Below are positions 9,125 to 16,386 of a stretch of DNA of 42,604 bases, in pieces. The DNA is from Cyanobacteria bacterium J06626_4 (GTDB lineage: Bacteria; Cyanobacteriota; Cyanobacteriia; Phormidesmidales; Phormidesmidaceae), in NCBI GenBank assembly GCA_038523235.1, contig JBCBJQ010000048.1, positions 1-42,604 on the forward strand. Reading direction: 5' to 3'. The position numbers and the translations under genes were made by a program. The stretch's first letter is position 1. Each line of letters opens with the position of its first letter. The notes below the pieces were generated by a model. It was not told the origin of the DNA, searched no databases, and saw only the letters and a list, made by a program, of their open reading frames with translations.

Positions 9125-10104
9125 TACCGCCCGTCCCTGGAGCTGAAACCGGTCAGTGGCGTGGCCAGATCCCACAGTAGCCAACGCTCAGCCTGGTGCT
9201 GAAGCCACACCTGCGACCCGTTGGTCACAGTACCTACCCGCTGGCAGATCAAACCATGGGGAGCAAACAAGGCCTCGACCTGGGCCATATTAGCGGGCGG
9301 CACGCTGAGTAAAAAACCAAAGCTGGGGAAGCTGGTGAGCCATCGGTCTAACGGCACTCCAGTGGGGCTGGGCACCTGATCGAGCACCAGCGTGGCGCCT
9401 ACCCCCGAGGCTTCGGCTAGCATCAGCAACGTACCAGCCAAACCACCCATGCTGATATCTTTACCGGCGTGGCACAGGCCAGTTTGGGCCAGTTTGGGCA
9501 GCAGCGCTAAGTGCTGGCGCAACTGAGCGGGTTCGGCTGCTGTCGCCGCGTTCCAAAAGGGGTAGTCGCCGTAGTACTGTCCAGACAGGTTGACAACCAT
9601 CATCAGCGCGTCCCCGGGCTGGGCCACGAAGCTGGTGATTAGCTGCTGCGCTCGGCCCAGCACCGCTACAGCCAGGCCGTTGTAAGGGCTGTGGCAGTTG
9701 GTGTGGCCACCCACGATGGGCACGCCATAGACCCGCGCCGCCGCCGTGAGACCGGCCCACAGCGGCTGACTAATCGTTTCCGATTGACTCCACAGGGCAT
9801 CGACCACCGCGATGGGCGTGCCCCCCATGGCGGCAATGTCTGACAGGTTCACCATGACCGCGCACCAGCCGGCAAACCAGGGTGATTCATTCACTAGTTG
9901 AGGCCAGATGCCCTCAGCCGCCAGCAGTAGGTAGCGATCGCCATCGGGTACGGCGGCACAGTCATCCCCCAGACGAATGGGCTCACCGGTGACGCCCCGG
10001 ACGTACTGGCCGATGGCCGTCGCCGCCGTCTGAATATCGCGCTTGTCCAGAATGCTCAGGGAGCCCTGGAGCGAGGTGATCAAAGCCGTTAGATCGACTG
10101 CCAC
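9124..10104 (-). CDS. nitF: sll0787 family AIR synthase/SelD-like protein (Nit1C cluster)
   Basis: LGDDCAAV, VNLSDIAAMGG, GGHTN, GKDISMGG PurM-fold motifs. Confidence 0.88.
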   Translation of the reverse strand: MAVDLTALITSLQGSLSILDKRDIQTAATAIGQYVRGVTGEPIRLGDDCAAVPDGDRYLLLAAEGIWPQLVNESPWFAGWCAVMVNLSDIAAMGGTPIAVVDALWSQSETISQPLWAGLTAAARVYGVPIVGGHTNCHSPYNGLAVAVLGRAQQLITSFVAQPGDALMMVVNLSGQYYGDYPFWNAATAAEPAQLRQHLALLPKLAQTGLCHAGKDISMGGLAGTLLMLAEASGVGATLVLDQVPSPTGVPLDRWLTSFPSFGFLLSVPPANMAQVEALFAPHGLICQRVGTVTNGSQVWLQHQAERWLLWDLATPLTGFSSRDGR

Positions 10105-10109
10105 TGACG

Positions 10110-10622
10110 CTAGGCGACCTGCTGGTTGGGTAAGGTCGGGCGGGGTTGGTCAGTGGGCGGATAAAAGGCCAGGTCGGCCTCCATCAGGTGATGGGGACGG
10201 TCTACAATGTCGATTTGCTCTAGGCTCTGCCAGTGTAGCCGGGTAAAGAAGCGCACGTTTTGCAGTTGGACGGTGGCGAGAAAGCGATCACATCCCCAGG
10301 TGTTGGCGGTGGTTACCGCTTTTTGGATCAGGCCCTTGCCGATGCGCCCGACCCGCCGAAACTCAGGATGCACGCCCAAACGGCCCCCGTACCAGAGGCG
10401 AGACTGTGTTTCGTAAATGCGCACGACTCCCACTACTTGGTTGGGCTGGTCGGCCTGGTGAGCAATGGCCACGATGGGGTAAGCCACAGTATCGAGGTCG
10501 TCGCGATCGTGTGGTTCAAACAGCTGCTGCTCGTCGCAAAAAATCGCTTGGCGCAACCGAAAGTAGTCAGTCCGGTCGGCCTCTGAAAGAGCGAGCTTAA
10601 AGCTATAGGTACGTTTAGTCAT
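10110..10622 (-). CDS. nitE: MSMEG_0567/sll0786 family GNAT N-acetyltransferase (Nit1C cluster)
   Basis: LRQAIFCDEQQLF, VVGVVRI, WYGGRLGV, FLATVQLQNVRFF. Confidence 0.85.
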   Translation of the reverse strand: MTKRTYSFKLALSEADRTDYFRLRQAIFCDEQQLFEPHDRDDLDTVAYPIVAIAHQADQPNQVVGVVRIYETQSRLWYGGRLGVHPEFRRVGRIGKGLIQKAVTTANTWGCDRFLATVQLQNVRFFTRLHWQSLEQIDIVDRPHHLMEADLAFYPPTDQPRPTLPNQQVA

Positions 10623-10673
10623 GATGTGGGTGGCGGGTCTGGGCTGATGATGAGAAGGGGCGTGGGGAGGAGT

Positions 10674-11759
10674 CTAGTCATTTTCAAAGAGTGACAGGGC
10701 GGAACAGGCCCCGCACTTGGCACAACCTGCTTTCATGTCGCTGGACAATAAATTGGCCTGGTTGAGCTGTTGCCCGATGGTCTGATACAGCTCGTACATA
10801 AATTCGCTGCTGGGGGCGGGGTGTTGGGCCAGCGGGGTCCCCACAATGGGGACAAACGGTACGACAAAGGGGTAAACCCCCAGAGCAATGAGCTGTTCGC
10901 TGACGGTCAACAGCGTTTCTTTGCTGTCGCCCAGCCCTGCTAACAGGTAGGTGCTGACCTGCCCCCGACCAAACACCTTAACGGCAGCAGCAAAGGCCTC
11001 AAAGTAGTAGGACAGCGGCACTTTCGCCTTGCCGGGCATGATCGCGGCCCGCACGGCGGGGTCAGCCGCTTCGAGGTGCATGCCCAGGCTGTCTACCCCG
11101 GCGGCGTGCAGCCGCTCAAACCAGCGAAAGTCGTCGGGGGGTTCGCACTGGGCCTGCAGCGGCAGATCAACTCGGGCGCGAATGGCCGTCGCACAGTCAG
11201 TCAGGTAAGCCGCGCCCCGGTCGGTGACGTTGGGCGTGCCAGTGGTCATAATCATGTGCTCGACCCCGTCTAGCCGGACGGCGGCTTCAGCCACCTCAGC
11301 GAGCTGGGCGGGTGTCTTTTGGGCAATGGTACGATCGGCCGCTAGAGACTGACCGATGGCGCAGAATTGGCAGGCAGTTTTACGATTTTCGTAGCGGATG
11401 CAGGTTTGTAGAACGGTTGTCGCGAGGACGTTGTGACTGTGGAGTAGGGCAATCTTCCAGTAGGGAATGCCGTTGGCGGTGTTGAGCCCGTAAAAGCGGG
11501 GCTGATGGGGAAAATCGAGGGTAGCAATGGGCTGCTGATCTTTGACCAACAGATGTTCGCCAGTCGGTGTTGAGCGCAGGGAATAGGGTGACTGTGCAGC
11601 GCCGTCAGTGTAGACCGGCACCATCACGGTCGTCTCGCCCAGGGTAATGGCTTTGTGATCCGACGGTCCCGCACCGCCTTTACGCCCTAAGGCCCCAGCC
11701 TCGGAGACCAGATTGAGCCCCTGGGTTTGGAGTTCGGTAATGACCTGTTGTGAATTCAT
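10674..11759 (-). CDS. nitD: MSMEG_0568 family radical SAM protein (Nit1C cluster)
   Basis: RKGGAGPSDH, C-x9-CQFC SAM-cluster motif, C-terminal GCAKCGACS. Confidence 0.9.
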   Translation of the reverse strand: MNSQQVITELQTQGLNLVSEAGALGRKGGAGPSDHKAITLGETTVMVPVYTDGAAQSPYSLRSTPTGEHLLVKDQQPIATLDFPHQPRFYGLNTANGIPYWKIALLHSHNVLATTVLQTCIRYENRKTACQFCAIGQSLAADRTIAQKTPAQLAEVAEAAVRLDGVEHMIMTTGTPNVTDRGAAYLTDCATAIRARVDLPLQAQCEPPDDFRWFERLHAAGVDSLGMHLEAADPAVRAAIMPGKAKVPLSYYFEAFAAAVKVFGRGQVSTYLLAGLGDSKETLLTVSEQLIALGVYPFVVPFVPIVGTPLAQHPAPSSEFMYELYQTIGQQLNQANLLSSDMKAGCAKCGACSALSLFEND

Positions 11760-11864
11760 AGGACGTCAATAGGACAGTGAGCACGTCAGCCTTCGTTGTC
11801 TGACGAGAAAAAAACTGTGAATATCATTTTTTGACCGCTTGTGACCGAGGCAAGCTAGAACCAC

Positions 11865-12902
11865 CTACGGCAGGCTCGGTACCGACGCGGCGGATTCGAG
11901 GGACGCCGGGCGTTCGTCAGGGATTGGGTCGCAGGGAACGGCGGTTGGTCCGGTTGGTCCTGGACTACCGATGGGGCTGCTGGTCGGCTGATAAGCCGTG
12001 GTGTTGAGCTGCAGCTGTAGCAAATCGGGACGGGCGTAATGCCCGACGGAGTCCATCATGCGCTTGCGTTTGGTGATGAGGGAGAAATCGAGATCCGCGA
12101 TCGCGATGCCTTCCCCTGACCGAATCGGTTCACACAGATGCACCCCTTCGGGGCTGATGATGGTTGTGTAGCAGCCGCCCTGCAGCACTTTCTGTAGGCC
12201 CTCGGAGGGGGCGATCGCCGCCACCTGCTCTGGCGTCAGCCAGCCGGTGGAATTCACCACAAAGCAGCCAGACTCCAGAGCGTGGTGTCGCAGCGTCACT
12301 TCCGTCTGCTCCGAAAAAATATTGCCTACCATCGACCCCGGAAACTGGGCACAGTGAATCTCTTCGTGGCCCGCCATCAGGCTATAGCGGGCGAGGGGGT
12401 TGTAATGCTCCCAGCAGGCCAGAGCCCCGACCCGACCCACCGCCGTTTCACACACCTGCAGGCCACTACCATCCCCTTGCCCCCACACCATGCGCTCGTG
12501 GTAAGTAGGCGTGATTTTCCGTCGCTTCAGCAAACACTGACCATCGACGTCGAAAATCAGCTGGGTGTTATAGAGGGAGCCGCGATCGCGCTCATTTACC
12601 CCCAGCACCACCACCATCTGATGGGTTCTGGCCGCCTGACTCACCGCTGCCGTTTCCGGCCCCGGTATGGTCACCGCTTCCTCATAGAGCTTCATGTGCT
12701 CCTGCCCCATCAGCACCGGTGGCAGCACAAATGAAAAGTAGGGGTAATAAGGCACAAATGTTTCCGGAAACACCACCAGCGAAGCGCCCTCCAGGGCCGC
12801 CTCGTCAATCGCCTGCAACACCTTCTCCATCGTCCCTGAGCGGCTATACAAAACCGGTGATAGCTGCACCGCCGCCGCCCTTACCGTTTGAGTCGCGTCC
12901 AT
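11865..12902 (-). CDS. nitC: Nit6803 family nitrilase
   Basis: E-K-C triad (FPETF, RRKITPT, ACWEH) and [10 protein letters not shown]. Start at ATG 12902 with AGGGGG RBS; the track's upstream extension overlaps the previous gene. Confidence 0.92.
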   Translation of the reverse strand: MDATQTVRAAAVQLSPVLYSRSGTMEKVLQAIDEAALEGASLVVFPETFVPYYPYFSFVLPPVLMGQEHMKLYEEAVTIPGPETAAVSQAARTHQMVVVLGVNERDRGSLYNTQLIFDVDGQCLLKRRKITPTYHERMVWGQGDGSGLQVCETAVGRVGALACWEHYNPLARYSLMAGHEEIHCAQFPGSMVGNIFSEQTEVTLRHHALESGCFVVNSTGWLTPEQVAAIAPSEGLQKVLQGGCYTTIISPEGVHLCEPIRSGEGIAIADLDFSLITKRKRMMDSVGHYARPDLLQLQLNTTAYQPTSSPIGSPGPTGPTAVPCDPIPDERPASLESAASVPSLP

Positions 12903-12939
12903 ACTTCCCCCTATGCGGCCTCTTCCTTCTCCCGTCTGG

Positions 12940-13422
12940 CTACATCGTCCAAGTGTCGAGAATAAACGCGCCATCCTTACGGTGCATGAGGACAATGTCG
13001 AGCACATCGAGCGGGTTGATCGGCGTGATGCCAGGAATCAGCGAAGGCTCGCCGTGACCGTAGAGGGCTTGGAGGGCAAACCGACAGGCGTAGACCTTGC
13101 CGCCTTCTTCCATCACTTTGATCAGCTGGTTGTTCATCGCCAGGTGACCGGGGAACGCTTCATCGCCAATCTTCGGGAAGCCGCGCTGTACGCCCAGAGT
13201 CACACCAGGGCCGTAGAGCAGCACTGAGGTCTCAAACCCTTTGCGAATCAGGCGGGTGGCCTGCAGCAGGTTAACTAGACCAATGGAGCCTTCAAAGGCG
13301 ACGGTGTGGAAAGTGACGAGGGCTTTTTCGCCAGGCTCTGCCTGAACATCGGGAAAGACTTTTTCTTCATAGTCAACAAAAAAGTCACCGGTCTGATGGG
13401 CCGGGGTCGTTACTTCAGGCAT
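12940..13422 (-). CDS. nitB: MSMEG_0572/Sll0783 family nitrogen starvation response protein (DsrE-like)
   Basis: [45 protein letters not shown]; first gene of the operon. Confidence 0.92.
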   Translation of the reverse strand: MPEVTTPAHQTGDFFVDYEEKVFPDVQAEPGEKALVTFHTVAFEGSIGLVNLLQATRLIRKGFETSVLLYGPGVTLGVQRGFPKIGDEAFPGHLAMNNQLIKVMEEGGKVYACRFALQALYGHGEPSLIPGITPINPLDVLDIVLMHRKDGAFILDTWTM

Positions 13423-13453
13423 TTTTAATCACTCCCAAGATGAATTTGGTAGC

Positions 13454-13495
13454 AGAATAGGCGGGCTCCAGCCGCTTTCTCGTATCTGTTGTTAC
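13454..13495 (-). promoter_or_regulatory. Class II NtcA-activated promoter of the nitB operon
   Basis: Minus strand GTAACAACAGATAC (GTA-N8-TAC, 13482-13495), 22-nt spacer, -10 TATTCT (13454-13459). Confidence 0.88.
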
Positions 13496-13506
13496 AGAGT
13501 CAGAAA

Positions 13507-13644
13507 GCCTGACAATTGGGACAGTTGGGCATTTTGGTTTGGAGAAAATAGAGCGATATTTGGGCGCAAACCTGTCTAAAAGTGCAGGGATCGCGTTTGG
13601 GCTGAACCGATTGCCGGTGGGGGAGCCTGTCTGTCGAACGAGGT
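13507..13644. promoter_or_regulatory. Three lux-box-like 20-mers (CT-N12-AG), candidate operators of the GAF-LuxR regulator
   Basis: 13507-13526 gcctgacaattgggacagtt; 13570-13589 acctgtctaaaagtgcaggg; 13625-13644 gcctgtctgtcgaacgaggt. Confidence 0.55.
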
Positions 13645-13655
13645 TTTGGGTTTTA

Positions 13656-13697
13656 GTAGTGACTGATACAGGAAGCCTGGGGTGACCTTTCTATGGT
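13656..13697 (+). promoter_or_regulatory. Class II NtcA-activated promoter of the flavoprotein gene
   Basis: GTAGTGACTGATAC (13656-13669), 22-nt spacer, -10 TATGGT (13692-13697). Confidence 0.85.
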
Positions 13698-13770
13698 TGC
13701 AAACACGAGGGTGATCAGGGTTTTGCCTGATTTGCGATCGCTCTGTCTATGCTTTTTTCTGTTTTTTCCT

Positions 13771-15078
13771 ATGGCCTCACATACTTCGGTAATTGTTGTC
13801 GGTGGTGGGCAGGCTGGGCTCTCAATGAGTTACTGCCTCAAGCAGCTCAGGATCGATCATCTGATTTTTGAAAAAGAAAAAGTTGCCCATTCCTGGCGAT
13901 CGAAGCGGTGGGATACCTTTTGCCTGGTGACCCCTAACTGGCAATGCACGCTGCCGGGCTATGCCTATCCGGGCAGCGACCCGCATGGGTTTATGCAACG
14001 CGACGAGATCGTGCAATACGTCGAAGACTATGCGCGTTCTTTTGATCCACCGCTGCACGAAGGGGTGGCCGTGGAACAGGTGCAGTACGACGCGGCCACT
14101 GGTCACTTTGCCGTGACGACCAGTTTGGGTGACTACACGGCTGACCAGGTGGTGGTGGCCACGGGCGGCTATCACCAGCCGAAAGTGCCTCGTATGGCCG
14201 AGCGACTACCTGCCGATGTGACGCAGCTCCATGCTTCGCAATACAAAAGCCCCGATGCGCTACCCGAAGGGGGCGTGCTGGTGGTGGGTACGGGGCAATC
14301 GGGCTGCCAAATCGCTGAAGACCTGCATCTGTCGGGGCGACAGGTGCATCTATGCGTGGGCAGTGCACCGCGATCGCCCCGCCAATACCGGGGTAAGGAC
14401 GTGGTGGACTGGCTTGATCAGATGGGCTATTACGACCTACCCATTCACGAGCACCCGCAAAAAGAGGCGGTGCGGACTAAGACCAACCACTACGTGACCG
14501 GGCGGGGCGGTGGCCGTGAAATTGACCTGCGCCACTTTGCCCAAGAGGGCATGCAGCTATACGGCAAACTAGCCGATATTCAGGGGCCGCTGCTGACCTT
14601 TGCCGACAACCTCAAACGCAATCTCGACCAAGCTGACGCGGTGGCCGAGAGCATTAAGCAAACCATCGATCGCTATATCGACGCGAACCATATTGACGCG
14701 CCGACTGAGCCGCTCTACCAGCCCGTTTGGGAGCCCGCAACCAGTCCACTGCAGCAGGATCTCCAAGCGGCCAACATCCGCACGGTGATTTGGGGCACTG
14801 GCTATCTTATGGACTTTAGCTGGATCGATGCGCCGGTGTTTAACGGGCGCGGCTACCCCGGTCACGATCGCGGCGTCACTGCCGTCGACGGGCTCTACTT
14901 TTTAGGGCTGCCCTGGCTCTATACCTGGGGGTCGGGCCGGTTTTCGGGCGTGGCTCGCGATGCGCAATATCTCGCCGATCGGATTGCTCTCCGGCACCAG
15001 CTGTCCCACCCGTCGCCCACCTGTGCCGCCTACGCCGCTGACGAGCTGGCACTAGGTGGCTACATCATGGGGGTTTAA
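13771..15078 (+). CDS. nitH: MSMEG_0569 family flavin-dependent oxidoreductase (Nit1C cluster)
   Basis: VVGGGQAG, RWDTFCLVTPNWQC, VGTGQSGCQIAEDL, TWGSGRFSGV. Start at ATG 13771 because the track's start lies inside the -10 box. Confidence 0.9.
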   Translation: MASHTSVIVVGGGQAGLSMSYCLKQLRIDHLIFEKEKVAHSWRSKRWDTFCLVTPNWQCTLPGYAYPGSDPHGFMQRDEIVQYVEDYARSFDPPLHEGVAVEQVQYDAATGHFAVTTSLGDYTADQVVVATGGYHQPKVPRMAERLPADVTQLHASQYKSPDALPEGGVLVVGTGQSGCQIAEDLHLSGRQVHLCVGSAPRSPRQYRGKDVVDWLDQMGYYDLPIHEHPQKEAVRTKTNHYVTGRGGGREIDLRHFAQEGMQLYGKLADIQGPLLTFADNLKRNLDQADAVAESIKQTIDRYIDANHIDAPTEPLYQPVWEPATSPLQQDLQAANIRTVIWGTGYLMDFSWIDAPVFNGRGYPGHDRGVTAVDGLYFLGLPWLYTWGSGRFSGVARDAQYLADRIALRHQLSHPSPTCAAYAADELALGGYIMGV

Positions 15079-15087
15079 CGCGGGCGT

Positions 15088-16221
15088 TTAGCTATTGCTG
15101 GGGGCAGCGGGGCGGTCAAGCCACCCGGCTTGAGCCACAGTGTAAACAGCCTGAATACGAGTTTTAACCTGCAGTTTGGTCAGCACGTTTTTAACGTGGA
15201 ACTTGACGGTGCGCTCACTGATATAGAGCTGCTTGGCAATGTCGCGATCGCGATGTCCAGCGACCAGCAGCTGAATCACTTCCCGCTCCCTTTCTGATAA
15301 GGGTGAAGGTACGTCACGGGGGGATACCGGCGGCTGTAGCGGCAGTTGCAGCCGCACCTGCACAATGGCCTGGTTGGCGTCTGACTGCATCTTGAGGGTG
15401 CCGCCGCTGAGCTGAGCACTGTGGGTGATGTCTTGGAGCTGATCCGCCAAATCTGGCTGGGCATCTACCAGCATGGCTTCTAAGATCACTTCGTCGACCC
15501 CATAGACCAGACGACAATATTGACAAGATAACTGGGCCAGCTGGTGACCGAGCTTTAAGAGCAGCTGAGTCAGAGCAGACGGGAGGGGTTGTTCGGTACC
15601 GAGCAGGCTCAGCTTTTGTCGCCCTAACAAATTGCCTAGCTGTTCTGACAGGGTCGTTGAATCGGCAACTTTCAACCTGCTTGAGAGGGCTGCCTGGTGA
15701 TTGACGGCGCTGGCTAGGGCACCGGTCACCGACAGGCTCAGCATTTGCAGCACTTCTAAAAACTCCGGCCCCATCGGCTCGTGACTAAACACGGCCAACA
15801 CGCCAATCGCCTGCCCCTGAGCCATTAGCGGCAGACCGGCAAATCCTTGAATGCGCTGTTCGATCGCCCAACTGCGATCCTTGACCCAGACTTCATCGGC
15901 CAGACAGTTGCTGAGAAAGGGAATACAGTGCTGGGCGATTTTGCCCACCTTGAAAGAACCCATCGGTACCCGCGCAAATGAGCCGTCGAGCCGGGTGTAG
16001 AGTCCCGAAGACGCCATCAGCCGCAGGGCGCTACGATCCGCTTCGACCAGCCACAGGCGGGCAAACGCACAGCCAAAGGTGGCAACCAGCTCATCGGTAA
16101 CGCAGGCCGCGATCTCGTCCGCCTGGAGCCACCCTGTAAACCGATTCACCAGCTCGCCGCACCGCTTCAGGTCAAACAAAAGCCGAGCGACATCCAAATC
16201 TTGGGACGCTAAACGGGTCAC
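15088..16221 (-). CDS. GAF domain + LuxR-type HTH transcriptional regulator
   Basis: N-terminal GAF (FARLWLVE...FAGLPL...IGVLAVFS) and C-terminal LSEREREVIQLL...ISERTVKFHVKNVLTKL; no receiver domain. Confidence 0.88.
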   Translation of the reverse strand: MTRLASQDLDVARLLFDLKRCGELVNRFTGWLQADEIAACVTDELVATFGCAFARLWLVEADRSALRLMASSGLYTRLDGSFARVPMGSFKVGKIAQHCIPFLSNCLADEVWVKDRSWAIEQRIQGFAGLPLMAQGQAIGVLAVFSHEPMGPEFLEVLQMLSLSVTGALASAVNHQAALSSRLKVADSTTLSEQLGNLLGRQKLSLLGTEQPLPSALTQLLLKLGHQLAQLSCQYCRLVYGVDEVILEAMLVDAQPDLADQLQDITHSAQLSGGTLKMQSDANQAIVQVRLQLPLQPPVSPRDVPSPLSEREREVIQLLVAGHRDRDIAKQLYISERTVKFHVKNVLTKLQVKTRIQAVYTVAQAGWLDRPAAPSNS

Positions 16222-16280
16222 AGGCGATATCCCAGGTTTAGGGCCACTTTTATTAAGGGCGCATCTGTCTCAGCAGTTCT

Positions 16281-16294
16281 GTAGTTGCTGATAC
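16281..16294 (-). promoter_or_regulatory. NtcA-binding site upstream of the GAF-LuxR gene
   Basis: GTAGTTGCTGATAC (GTA-N8-TAC), 59 nt upstream of the GTG start; associated -10 is non-canonical (CTTAAT/TAATAA region). Confidence 0.65.
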
Positions 16295-16386
16295 TCAAAG
16301 CAATGGGCCGCTGAGAAGCTGATTGCCTACGGATTGATACCGTTCTTCTGAATTTGCAGACGGTTTGCGATATCGCTACCAGTAGT

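Noticed and set aside
11784..11814. CGTCAG/CTGACG hairpin with an A-run between nitC and nitD as a terminator
   Set aside because: On the transcribed strand the U-run precedes the stem, so it is not an intrinsic terminator; at most a processing or stability element.
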